Below are positions 1 to 17,069 of a DNA stretch of 64,000 bases, one piece after another. Within the stretch, counting starts at the first letter, position 1; every line of letters begins with the position of its first letter. A program made the position numbers and the translations under genes. Below the pieces are notes generated by a model, which worked only from the letters and a program-made list of their open reading frames with translations, was not told the DNA's origin and searched no databases. The DNA is from the human T2T-CHM13v2.0 reference genome, Homo sapiens: NCBI RefSeq assembly GCF_009914755.1, contig NC_060935.1. One strand, 5' to 3'.

Positions 1-19
1 GCAACTCCTCAATGGCTCC

Positions 20-165
20 AGGGCGTGTGGGGTGAGGACAATGTTTTAGATCTTGAGGGAGGTGGTGGTTGCACAACTCATTAATGTACTAAATACCACC
101 GAGTTGTTCACTTGAAAATGATTAATCGATGTTAAACGAATCTCACCGACGTTTTTTAAAAGTGT
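20..165 (+). mobile_element. L1MB/L1MC-type LINE-1 3' end fragment
   Basis: ggtggttgcacaactcattaatgtactaaataccaccgagttgttcacttgaaaatg resembles the old L1M 3' terminus. Confidence 0.7.
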
Positions 166-589
166 ATCTGTGAGATGCTAACCTCTCCTGCACTCCCGGG
201 TGCTTCTCAGAACACCAGGTCTTGCACGCTGAGTCATGGCATCTGGGTACCATCGAGGAGGGAGAGGTGGAGTGCAAGAAGACGATGGCAGAGTCGTGTG
301 TGGTGACTACTTTCTCATTATTGTCACCATCCTCTCCAAAAGTTGACTCAGTTTCATAGCGCATCTGGCAAGGCTCAGGCGCACCCGGGAGCATCCTCAC
401 CAGCCTACAACCAAGAATGGAGCCACCCTGAGAAAGAAGCATGGAAGAAAAGAACTGTGCAACTGAGAGAACGGTGCTGCACACAGTGGGGCTTCCAGGA
501 GCACCAGGGTGTGATTTATTGCATTTATCATTCAACTCCAGGTGATCTGTGTGCCACAGGATTGCAGCTCAGGCGTGCGCCACGCCACC

Positions 590-720
590 CTGAGTCAAAG
601 TGAAGCTTGGGCAAGTCACTCAGCCTTTCTGAGTTTCAGTTTTCTTATCTGTAAAATGGAAGTGATATCCACCTACTCAGAGCTGTTGGGAGCAACGAAA
701 GTAGATGCCACTTCAAACCT
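590..720 (+). mobile_element. MIR fragment
   Basis: MIR core ttgggcaagtcactcagcctttctgagtttcagttttcttatctgtaaaatgg. Confidence 0.8.
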
Positions 721-1118
721 AGCCCCGAAAACTTCCTATAGATAGAGCTTTATGGAAAATTAGTAGCTCACAGACAAAAATTGCAACACATTAGAATAAA
801 TCTAGCAGAAGTAAGAGACAGCAAAATCAAACCCACAAAGAGTTCAAAATTGAAATTATCAAACATAAAAAATAATATAAATATGTTTAATATGTTTAAA
901 GAAATAAAAGTGAAACTTAAAACATGATCGAGGGATCCATAAAAAATGACCAACAAGTTTTGAAAAAAGGCAGAATTTCTAGAAATGAAAAATGTAATTA
1001 CTAAAATTAAAAACTCGCTGTGTGTTGAGTAGCTACATTAATTTCAGACAAAGTCGACTTTGGAGCAAAGAAAAGCTCCAGCATAAAAAGGGGCATTACA
1101 TTCTGCTAAAAAGGATCA

Positions 1119-1468
<350 letters not shown>

Positions 1469-1667
1469 CTAAGAGCAGAGCTTCCAAAGACATAAAGCTT
1501 ACAGACTGACAGAACTGAAAAAAGAAATAGATAAATCCATAGTTAATAGTTGGAAACTTCAACACTCCTCCCTCAATAACAGAACTAATAGAAAATCATC
1601 AAGGATAGAGAAGAACCTAACAATACTATTATCATCTGGATCTATGAGACATTTAGAACATTCTGCC

Positions 1668-1815
1668 AACCAGGGGTGGTGGCTCTTGCCTGCAATCCCA
1701 GCACTTTGGGGGGCTGAGGAGGGTGGATCTCTTGAGCCCAAGAGTTTGAGGCTGCAGTGAGCTATGATCACATAACTTCAACAGAGTGAGACCCTGCCTC
1801 AAAAAAAAAAAAAAA
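1668..1815 (+). mobile_element. Alu monomer (FAM/FRAM/FLAM-like)
   Basis: Single arm with poly(A); TSD agaacattctgcc/agagcattctacc. Confidence 0.85.
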
Positions 1816-3398
1816 AGAGCATTCTACCCAAAAAAGCATAAAACATATTTTTCAAGTGCACATGGAGTATTCAGCAAGACAGACTATATTATGTCATAAA
1901 ACAAACATTAACAAAGTTAAGGGAATTTAAATTATACAAAATATGTCCTATAATGCAATTAAACTACAAATTAATAACAGAAAAATCAGAGAAAAATATT
2001 CAAGCGCTTGGAAGTTAAACACCACACTTTGAAATAATGTATGACTCAAAGTCTCAAGAGAAACTTCAAAACATTTTGAACTAAACATAAATGAAAATAC
2101 AACATGTCAAAATGTATGAAAAGCAGCTACAGCAGGGCTTAGAGGGAAATTTATAGTATTAAATGCTATTATAAAGAAGAAACGTCTCAAATCAATAAGC
2201 TAAGCTTTTATTCTTAAGAAACTAGAAAAGGAAGAGCAAAATAAATCCAAAGTAAACAGAAGGAAGGAAATAATAAAGACAAGAACAGAAATCAATGACA
2301 TTGAAATCAGAAAAACCAAAGAGAAAAATCAATAAAACCAAAATATGGCTCTTTAAAAAGATCGATAAAATTGATGAAGCTTTAGCAAACTAACAAAGAG
2401 AAAAGAATACCTCACAGGTGTCAATAATGATTGAAAGGAATACTATGAACAATTCTGTGCACCTAAATTCTACATCTTAGACAAAATGAATGAATTTCTT
2501 GGACACAAACTACCAAAATTCATCCAAGATTAAATAAATAACTTGAATACTCCTATAACTATTAAACACGTTTAATGCATAGTTTTCTATTTGTTTTCAA
2601 AAAATAAATATCCAGTCCCACATGGTTTCACTGGCTAATTCTACCAAACATTGAAAGAAGAAATAACATTGATTGTTACCCAGAAAATAAAAGATTAAAG
2701 ACTACTTCATGACACATTATATGAGCATTGCCTCAAAACTAGAAAAAGACTGTACCAAAAAGGAAAACTACAGACCAGATTCCTACATAAACACAAACAC
2801 AGAAGTCCTCAGCAAAATATCCGTAAATAAAGTCCAGCATTATATGAAATACACCACCACCCAGTGGGGTTTATTCTCAGAAGGCAAGGATGGTTCAGTA
2901 CTCAAATATCCATCAGTGGAATCCACCTTATCAATAACCTAAAGAAAAACCATATGATCATTTCAACAGACACAGAAAAAGCATTTAACAAAATGAAGCA
3001 TCCATTCATGATAAAGTTCTCAGCAAAATACCGATAGAAGGGAACTTCTTCCATCTGATAAAGGACATCAACAAAAATCCTATATCTAGCATCATGCTTA
3101 ATAAGGAAAGACTTTCCCCCAAAGATTGGGAACAAGGCAAGCATAGACACTCTCACCATTCTATTCAATATCATAGTAGAAATCTTAGCCAATAAAATAA
3201 GACAAGAAAAAAGAAATGAAAGCCTTGCAGATTGGAAAGAAATAAAACTGTCCCTGTCCTCAGGCAACATAACCACACTGAAAATCCCAAGAAGCCTATA
3301 TTTTTTTAAAAAAAGACTCCTGGAACTAACAAGCAGGTTTTCAAGGTCCTAAGATAGAAGATCACCACACAAAAATTAATCTTATTTCTATACACTAA

Positions 3399-4013
<615 letters not shown>

Positions 4014-4029
4014 AAATGGAGTGATTTTT

Positions 4030-4870
4030 TAAAAAGATTCCATATCACAAATTATCAGATGCAACACACACAATACTTATAAGGAAATGTAGAGTTCTAA
4101 ATGATGAGTAATAAATCACATACAAGTCAGGTTTATCCCAGGAATACAAGCCTGATTTATACAAATATGTTAATTAGATTTAAATCTATTAATTAGATAT
4201 AAAAATCTAATTAATGTAATTTACCACAATAACAGATTAAAAAAGCAAATTATATCTTAGTAAATGAAAAAGAAAGCATTCAATAAATGTCCATATCCAA
4301 TCATGGTTTGAAAATTTTAGCAAAATAGGAATAGAAGGGAATTTCCTTCATCTGATAAAGAGTCTCTCCCAAAAATACCTACAATAACCATCATGCTTGG
4401 AGAAAAGCTAAAAGCATTCCTGTTAAGACCACAAAAGAGCCTCTCCCAAAAATACCTGCAATAACCATCATGCTTGGAGAAAAATTAAAAGCATTCCTGC
4501 TAAGACCACGTCCCAGACTCTTCTGTATAACACCAAACTGGAGTTGCTAACCTGTGCAGTAAGACATGAAAAGAAAATATAAAGGAAGAAAGACACAGAA
4601 AACTCTTCTTAGTTACAAATGAAAATACTGTCTACATAGAAACCTGAAAAGAACCTATGGAAAATTATCAATAAGACATTTAAATAAAGTGGGTGGGTAC
4701 AAAACCAGCATATAAACCTCAATTGCATTTCTATAAAGCAGCAACAACTAGCAAACACAAGTCTTAAAAAGATGCCACTTACAACAGCAACATCAACAAA
4801 CACAGGTATATGATGCATACATATATGTAAATAAACTGGGAATAAATCTAACAAAGATGTATCCAAATGG
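4030..4870 (+). mobile_element. Old LINE-1 ORF2 remnant
   Basis: tttatcccaggaatacaag, ggaatagaagggaatttcc, gcattcctgttaagac. Confidence 0.75.
4357..4509 (+). repeat. Tandem duplication, 2 x ~77 bp
   Basis: aaagagtctctcccaaaaatacctacaataaccatcatgcttggagaaaa...taagaccac repeated at 4357 and 4434. Confidence 0.9.
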
Positions 4871-4873
4871 CGC

Positions 4874-5162
4874 TTTTTTTTTTTTTGACGGAGTCTCACT
4901 TTGTTGCCAAGCTGGAGTGCAGAGGCACAATCTTGGCTCACTGCAACCTCCGCCTCCTGGGTTCAAGTGATTCTCCTGGCTCAGCCTCCTGAGTAATTGG
5001 GATTACAGGAGTGCACCACCACGCCTGGCTAATTTTTGTGTTTTTAGTAGAGATGGGATTTCACCATGTTGGCCAGGATGGTCTCAATCTCTTGACCTCA
5101 TGATCCCCCCGTCTCAGCTTCCCAAAGTGCTGGGATTATAGGCATGAGCCACCACACCCGGA
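4874..5162 (-). mobile_element. Alu (AluSc-like)
   Basis: Antisense dimer; gccaggatggtctcaatctcttgacctcatgatc. Confidence 0.95.
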
Positions 5163-5870
5163 TGAGCATTTTTTTGATAAAAGACTCAGTATCTTAGAGG
5201 TATGGTTCTCCCCCAAATTGTATACAGATTCAGCACAGTTCCAGTACAAAAAGAAATCCTTCCACTCTTTGATGTATTTCAGTGCAGTTCCATCATTTTC
5301 ACCATAGAGGGATTATCACTCACTTGCCCTGTGATCTTGGACAAGGTCTTGAGTTTTCTCAGCTGAGAAAATAAAAGGATGGGAACAGAAGATCCCTAAC
5401 CCCCCTCCTGTGCTGAAAGCCTAAGATCCTTCAGGAGGAAGAGGCAGGTGAGGTACATCTGACACTTCGGCGTGGCTCCTGCTGAGGGCAATGAAATGAT
5501 AAACCAGGCTGGGGTGGGTCTGAGACTCCACCCTATGACCTTGGCATCTAACAGGAGGTAAAATGGAAAGCAAATCATGACACGTCCCAAACATTATGTA
5601 ATCATTGTAAATAGCTTTTAAAGGATTACATAGACATGGAAAATATTCACGACATGTTAAGTGGGAAAAAAATCACACACATCCTATAATTACAATTCTA
5701 AAGGCAAAGACAAGATCCAGGAGGCAAGGCCGCTCAAACTCTTAAGTTTCACTGTTTGATCCTGTTGAGAAGCACAATAATGACCAATGAGCAGAAAGAG
5801 CATCAGTAAACGCTCCCGCTTTCTAAGTCCTCTGGCAGGAAGTCTTTATTTGCTTCCCGGAGTTAGGACT

Positions 5871-6440
5871 GCGGCATCAGGGGTTTCAGGCCTAGGATTT
5901 GGGGTATGGGGTGTGTCAGGCCTAGGATTTGGGGCATCGTGGGTTTCAGGCCTAGGATTTAGGGCATCGGGGATTTCAGGCCTAGGATTTGGGGTATCGG
6001 GGGTTTCAGGCCTAGGATTTGGGGTATCGGGTGTTTCAGGCCTAGGATTTGGGGCATCGGGGATTTCAGGCCTAGGATTTGGGGTATCGGGGGTTTCAGG
6101 CCTAGGATTTGGGGTATCGGGTGTTTCAGGCCTAGGATTTGGGGCATCAGGGATTTCAGGCCTAGGATTTGGGGCATTGGGGATTTCAGGCCTAGGATTT
6201 GGGGTATCGGGGATTTCAGACCTAGGATTTGGGGTATCGGGTGTTTCAGGCCTAGGATTTGGGGCATCAGGGATTTCAGGCCTAGGATTCGGGGTATCAG
6301 GGGTTTCAGACCTAGGATTTGGGGCATCAGGGATTTCAGGCCTAGGATTTGGGGTATCGGGTGTTTCAGGCCTAGGATTTGGGGTATCGGGTGTTTCAGG
6401 CCTAGGATTTGGGGTATCGGGTGTTTCAGGCCTAGGATTT
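5871..6440 (+). repeat. 30-bp VNTR, 19 copies (GGGGTATCGGGKKTTTCAGGCCTAGGATTT)
   Basis: Exact 30-bp period, unit ends at 5900, 5930 ... 6440, with no indels. Confidence 0.98.
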
Positions 6441-6669
6441 GCTTCCTGTCAAGGTACATGTGTCTGGGAGCTGGGGATGCTTCACCTTCGTGCCTGGCTC
6501 CTGGGAACATCACCAGATCCTGGTCTGTCTGTCTGGGACAGTGCACACTTTCCCAGCCCACAGGCGAAGTTGATGCTCCTGGGAGCACTTCCACTCCCCG
6601 ACAAGTCTCTTCCTGTGTCGTGGTTGCTTACTTATCGTTGTCTCACCCTAGAAGGCAAGCGCCCAAGGC

Positions 6670-6750
6670 CAGGGCTGAGTTTTTCTTGTTCAGAGCTGTG
6701 TCCCCAGCATTCCTGTCCACAGATGTTTGTTGAATGACTGAATGAATGTA
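6670..6750 (+). mobile_element. L2 3' end fragment
   Basis: cttgttcagagctgtgtccccagca...atgtttgttgaatgactgaatgaatg. Confidence 0.65.
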
Positions 6751-7937
6751 TAGGAATCAGAAGCATTGGGAGGGAGCAAAGGCCAGAGTTTTGCTAGAAA
6801 GTCTGAGGGTGCTGGCCCTAGAAATCCCCAAGGTCCCTCCCTCATGTCCTACGTCGTGGCTACCCTTAAGTCTGACATGCCCTGGGCCATGGCTTCCAAT
6901 GTCAGGAAGAGGCCAGCCAGGTCCCAGCCATGTCTCCGGCCTTGACCTTGGGCTAGTCCTCTGTATGCCAGGTCCAGACCCTCTGCTTAAGTCCAAGTAG
7001 GTGAAGGTGAAGTCAGTCTTTCCGCTACCTGGCTCCAGCCCTTGGCCAGGCCCAGCCCCAGGTAGACCTTCCCCAGACACCTCTTCCTCTGTCAAAGCTC
7101 TGGAGAAACTTGCTGGGGCTCTGCCACCAGGCCCCTCCCCACCACCAGGCCCTGCCCTCCCAGGGTCCACCCCCTGGGTCTTACTTTGAGGCCTCCCTGT
7201 TTCAGATGGTCCCCTGCTGTGAAGTCCTGTCTTGGCCAAAAAGGGTGCATGTGGCAGGGTGATTAAGCCGTGGGGCCTGGTTATGGATGTGGAGTGGGGG
7301 TGCCTGTGCTGGGGCCGGAACACAGCAGCCACGTTCCTCCACACACGCACACAGCAGTAGCTGAGGTTGGCCCCATGCTGTCACGGGTGTTCTCACCTGT
7401 GCCTCTCCATAGTCGGGAAGCAGGAAAGTGAGGGTCATCCCGCAGTTCTAGATGAGGAGCCCAATGTGATGGGACTGCAAGTGGAGGAGCGGGACCTAGA
7501 GCCCAGGCTCCCGTTTCCCTGCCCAGGGCCCTCCCAGGGGCGCAACCTCTATGCACTGCTGTGTTGCTACCACCTCACTGCAGGAGCCAGAGGAGTGAGG
7601 ACAGCCCCTTTGTGCCAACACTATGAATGAATGTATGGGAATCATAAGAAGATGACCAGGCCGCGTTGGAGCCAGGGGCCACATTGCCCCGCTTGAGTGT
7701 CCATCCACTGGCCCCTGACTCCTTTCCCCACCATGCCCCCAGCTGTTGCCAGCCCCACTCCCACCTGGGAAAGCAAGATTTGTGCAGGCCCCTCATTCCC
7801 CCGGCTCCTGCCTGGCCAGAGCCCACCACTGCACCACAGGATAAACATACATGCTGCGAAGGGAGACTTTGTGTGTGTCTCATGAGGCTCAACAACGGTG
7901 ATGACCCCCGAGAAGATGCAATAAAAAGGACAACCTA

Positions 7938-8291
<354 letters not shown>

Positions 8292-8834
8292 CTATACAAA
8301 TGGCCAAAGAGCCCATGAAAAGATGGCCAACAATGCTCCGTGCATCTTACAAACAAACCTTTTTAAAACCCAGCTAGGAAGTTCAGGGTCAAATCTGGAA
8401 TTTCACACTGGCAACATTAGCTCAGGGAAGTGGTGGGGCAGCCCTCAGGCAGCTGAGCCATGCAGGAATGAGTATCCCGTGAAACATCAGCTGTCAAAGG
8501 CCCAGCCGACCCAGGAGGGTCACACTGCTTCCGCCTCAGTGCCGCCCTACCCTGGGCAGCTTCAGGATTCCAGAGGGGTCATGTGCTCTGAGGAGTGACC
8601 CTAAATGTGGCAGAGGGATCTAGTGACCGCCCAAAGCAAGCAGGACAGATCCCTGGAGTGCCAGCCCCTTTCCATGGGTGAAAGGTGATTCTGGTCTGCT
8701 GTTCTGGGTCCGAGGAAGGGCTGAAAAATGGGAGCAGAGGACCGTTCGAGCCCCTTCCCTGTCCCCAGATCCTCCTCCAGGGCTGCCAGTTGTTCTGTGC
8801 TCGTTCCATACATGCCTGCGGGGTCTGTCTCTGA

Positions 8835-9379
<545 letters not shown>

Positions 9380-9653
9380 TGAATATGCAAAACTGCCCTG
9401 GATTTTTCCAAGAGAAAAATTTGCACCGTTTCACAAACTCACTTTTTGGAGGGACTTTGTCTCAGTGAACCATGAGGTATCAGTGTTCCATGAAATATAC
9501 ATGAGGGAATCCCAATCTAGCCCTGTTCCTTCATCTTGCAGACGGGGAGACCAAGGCAAGAGGGAGTGGTAGACAGCTGATTAAGGCCACACAGAGAACC
9601 AGGATGAGGGCCCTGGTCCCCAGGTGGCTGTCTCTCAGTTCCTTCCCCTGTTC

Positions 9654-9800
9654 TTACATCATTTGCTGGGCTAGTGCAAAATGAAAATGCAAGATCCCTT
9701 GTTCAAACCCTAGTAAGAATTTCAAGATGGTGATCGCAGGGCATTGCAGCAGGTGCAGGCCCGTCTAGGCACGCTGGGCTCGCCTGTGCAGCCGGCTCTG
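9654..9800 (-). mobile_element. MER45A-like hAT DNA transposon
   Basis: agtgcaaaatgaaaatgc...ccttgttcaaa...aagaatttcaaga...gccggctctg. Confidence 0.75.
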
Positions 9801-9849
9801 CTCCCTCAGCAGCCCAGAAGGGCCCTAGAGGACACTCCCCTGAGCACAA

Positions 9850-9985
9850 ACCCAAACACCCCAGCTCTGCTCCTCACTAGCCCAGCCACCTGGGATACAG
9901 CACTCAGTCTCTCTGAGCCTCAGTTTCCACTTCCTGAAAGTGGGGTTGTAATGTCACCTGTTTCACTGCTGTGGAGGAGTGGTTG
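9850..9985 (+). mobile_element. MIR fragment
   Basis: ctctctgagcctcagtttcc core. Confidence 0.7.
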
Positions 9986-10008
9986 CACAACATTGCAAAC
10001 AGAAATCA

Positions 10009-10307
10009 GGGCCGGGAATGGTGGCTCACACCTGGAATCCCAGCACTTTCGGAGGCTGAGGCGGGTGGATCACCTGAGGTCAGGAGTTCGAGACCAGCCT
10101 GGCCCACATGGCAAAACCAGTCTGTACTAAAAGTACAAAAAATAGCTGGGCATGGTGGTGCATGCCTGTAATTCCAGCTACTCAGGAGGCTGAGACAAGA
10201 GAATTTCTTGAACCCAGGAGGCGGAAGTTGCAGCGAGCTGAGATCACTGCGCTCCAGCCTGGGCGACAGAACAAGACTCTATCTCAAAAAAAAAAAAAAA
10301 AAAAAAA
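10009..10307 (+). mobile_element. Alu (AluSx-like)
   Basis: Full dimer with poly(A); TSD agaaatca. Confidence 0.95.
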
Positions 10308-10429
10308 GAGAGAAATCATTTCCAGTCTTATTCAAAATTTAAAAAGATCCAAGCCTGTGCCTAGAGGGGGCTAGGCCTGCCCACTTCTTGGACCCTAGAG
10401 CCTCGAAATCCCCTCCGCCTTTGGCCTGG

Positions 10430-10815
10430 GGTCTTTGTTCAGTTGTGTTGCTATAAAGGAATACTTGAGGCTGGGTAATTGCTAAGAAAAGAGGTTCATT
10501 TGGCTCATGGTTCTGCAGGCTGTACAGGAATCATGGTGCTGGCATCTGCTTCTGGTGAGGCCTCAGGAAGCTTCCACTCGCCTTGGCAGAAGGCAATGGG
10601 AAGCTGGCGAGAGAGGAAGGAAGAGAGAGCAGAGGGCCCAGATCTTCAACCATCAGTTCTCACACAAACTAATAGTGAGAACTCACTCATTACCAGGAGA
10701 ACGCACCAAGTCATTCATGAAGGATTCGCCTCCATGACCCAAACAACTCCCACCAGGACCCTCCTCCAAGCTTGGGGGTCTAATTCCAACATGGGATTTG
10801 GAGAAGACATGGGAA
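10430..10815 (-). mobile_element. MaLR LTR (MSTB/MSTA-like)
   Basis: gctataaaggaatacttgaggctgggtaat...tggctcatggttctgcaggctgtacagga. Confidence 0.85.
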
Positions 10816-11159
10816 CTGTACCCAAAACATGGCAGCTGGATGCTTCTGAACACACTGACGGTGGCTGCTACCAAGAGGGAGAGCGAAGTCACAACAATAC
10901 CGGCCTGCAGGTTCACCTCCCCATACCAGGCACTTTACAGCACCATTTCCAATTCCCGGGAAACAGGGCCACAAACATAGGAGGCAAGACTCCATTCCAG
11001 GTCCGTCTGCTCTGAGGCCTCCATTCCCTCCTCTATATGGGGGGTTTAGTTTCCCACCTTACTTAAAGCCTGTCTGCACTAAGTAAACTCAGTGAGAAAG
11101 GCAGGGTGCCCAGTGCCTGGGTACAGCAAAGGCTAAATGCATTTGGCAGTTATTGCTAG

Positions 11160-11520
<361 letters not shown>

Positions 11521-11574
11521 TAATATAATTTTTCTCATTGATTTTTACATGTATCACAGCACCACTGCTTTCCC

Positions 11575-11760
11575 ACCATAACCTTGGGCAAGTCCCCTCA
11601 CCCCTCTCTGCCTCAGTTTCCCGTCTGTGAAATGTCCCTAATGCAAGCCCCCATCCCAGAGGGCTGCTGAGCTGATTAAATCAGCTACCACATGGAAAAC
11701 TCCCAGGAGAGCGTTCGGCAGAAAGAAGATGTTTTGATAAATGTTGGCTATTCTTAGTAT
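11575..11760 (+). mobile_element. MIR
   Basis: accttgggcaagtcccctcacccctctctgcctcagtttccc. Confidence 0.8.
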
Positions 11761-12224
11761 CTACACCATGTAAAGTAAGCTTACGAGTCTAACTGGGCAG
11801 CGGTCTTAGCTTGTTCATTCACTCTGTGCCAGTGTAACTCATTCCCTAGGCCTCCTTAAGGACAAACCAGGCACGCTTGGATGCGTTAGTCTGAGATCCT
11901 TTGGCCACCTGTCTCCTGTGGGGTCCAGGAAAGGGCCCCATATGAACCAGCTGCATCTGGTGGATAGAGGCACCCCAAACACTGCTTTCACCACTGTCAT
12001 CGAGCGCTTTCTTGTTTGGTCTCGTAGGTTCAGTGGAAATCTCTGACTTTTTCCTCCCACATTCTGCTCCTTGCCTATGTCTTAGAAATAACAACCCATT
12101 CTCAAACTAGAAAGAAGCTAAGGCCACGTGGGCCTTTTCTTGTTGTTTCACGTGGGTGAAACAACACCCCGAACCCAACAAAGCGCTCTCTTTTCTTTCT
12201 CTGATTTTCCTTCCGCTCCCACAG

Positions 12225-12270
12225 CCTCTCCCACCACCACATCTGTCTGTTATCTGTCACATCACATCCT
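12225..12270 (+). other. Candidate 46-nt non-coding exon
   Basis: Long pyrimidine tract ending in CAG at 12224, followed by GTAAGT donor at 12271; no transcript evidence. Confidence 0.3.
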
Positions 12271-13029
12271 GTAAGTATGAGGATGCTTTTTGATCTACCG
12301 GTTACATGATAAGAATAAAGACTTTCCTAAAGCGACTTTATGTGGTGCCGTTAAAAGAACACAAACCTAGGCTCACACATAATGCCACATCTGGGAAATG
12401 ACGGCTCTGGGGTTTCTCTGCCTCCCGGGTCCCTCTCAGATCAGCCCTGGATGCTGAGCGTCAGGGGTTGTGGGGGCGAGGGGAAGGGATGGGGAATGTG
12501 CCTATTTCTATGAAAAATTGAGTAAAAGAAGACTCAGTTCTCCAGTGCTGCAATGAAGTGTGCAAACGCCAGCCTCGGCCAGCAGACCTCCATCCGTGTA
12601 CCTAAAGGCTTATTTTAAGTAGCTGTGTCTGGTCAAAAAGGGTTCACCTGGTCAGGAAGTGGTCACAGGCTTTTTAGGAGGGCCAAGCCAACACATAAAG
12701 GGAAGATAGAGGCACACATAGCAGCCTCAGAGCCCCGGCTCTTTGTCATTCCTGGGTCCAAGGCGAGGACCCTTCACTGGAGAAAGAGCCCTGGGGCTGA
12801 AGGGGCCTTGGAATCTGCAGCTGAGATGGGCCAGACAGATAGCCCTGGGTTCCCACAAAGGAAGTTCCTGCTCAATAAGGCTCTCCCAGCGACTCATATG
12901 CTGTTCTCAGAGGTCCTGCCCCACACTCCCCTAAAATGGGCAAAAAGAGGCCATGCACCCATAAAGAGATCCTGCGTTTTCCTGTTTTCTCTTCAAATGC
13001 TCTTGCTCTGCGTTTTTTCTCTCTTTTAT

Positions 13030-15902
<2,873 letters not shown>

Positions 15903-15904
15903 TA

Positions 15905-16140
15905 TCAGTGTTTCATTTCTTTTTCATGGCTGAATAATATTCCATCCTATGGACAGAACACATTTTGTTGATCTGCTCATCCACTGGTGGACGTTTGTGC
16001 TGTTCCCACCTTTTGGCTGCTGTAAACAGTGCTGCTGTGGACATTTGTGTACATGTGTTATTTCAACACCAGTTTTAAGCTCTTTCAGGCATATACCTAG
16101 GAGTGGAACTGCTGGTCACATGGTCATTCCATGTTTTGCT
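15905..16140 (-). mobile_element. L1MB-type fragment (host of Tigger1)
   Basis: ttcatggctgaataatattccat...tatacctaggagtggaactgctgg. Confidence 0.85.
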
Positions 16141-17069
16141 CTGCTATGTTTTTGTTTTTTCCTCTTTTGGCTCCATTTTCCCAAAACCTCAAGATGTTTC
16201 TTCCTCAGTGAGGTATCTTGACATGCACTCATTGGGGTCTAGTTGCATTATTTAGACCTCTTTGGGGATCCACCTATACCCTGAGGATGCTGGAGCTACT
16301 ATTCCTAAAAAGGAAACCCCAGTTCCCCTCCCGGGTCAAGGGCAGGGCTGTGGCCGGTGGGGGGGCCCTTTGTACCTTTCAGTGCTGTTGCCTCTTGGAT
16401 TCTGTGCCTTTGCTGTCAGGGGTCAGGTCGGGGCTGGGGAGGGTCTCCCTTCTCGCAGGACCCACTGCCTTCATGGATCATGACCCAGGACAGTCACCAG
16501 TGCCACCCATTCAGGGTCTGTTGCTGTGGTCCCTCTGAGTCAAGAGCCTCTGGAGTCACTGGGAACCTCCCAGCCAAATCAAGACTGCCCCTGCATCCTC
16601 TGGGGGCCTTGTCCACATGCTGACTTTGTTACCCAGGACATGAAGAGAACTCGGAACATCCAAAGACCTAGAGTCCATGGGCCTAACCATACTTTTTCTC
16701 CAAAGAATGGGACCTGTGCTGACAAAGGAGCCCAGTTACAAAGGGAAAGAAATGGGGGGCCAGGCGTGACCCCTGAAAGGCCTCTGTGTCATCATGGCAG
16801 CTCCCAGGATTGCAGAGGAGGGAAGCAAATGAAACTTCATCCTCAATGTCTATCTCCTGACACACCAGCCATGGCCCTGGGATTTGAAATGCAAAGGAGG
16901 TTCCGGAGTAGTGAGGCTGGGATCTGGGTGTTTGGAGCAGGGACCTGGCTGGGAGTTTGGGCAAAGGCCCGCCCCATATTGCAATGGCCAGAGGGACCAA
17001 CAAGAGGGGAGCAGCAATTGATAAATAAGTTAGCAAATGCAAAAAGCCCAACAGTCACCTTCATCTGTA

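Noticed and set aside
5871-6440. CRISPR-like array or NF-kB site array
   Set aside because: There are no unique spacers and the DNA is eukaryotic; GGGATTTCAG lacks the terminal CC of a kB site.
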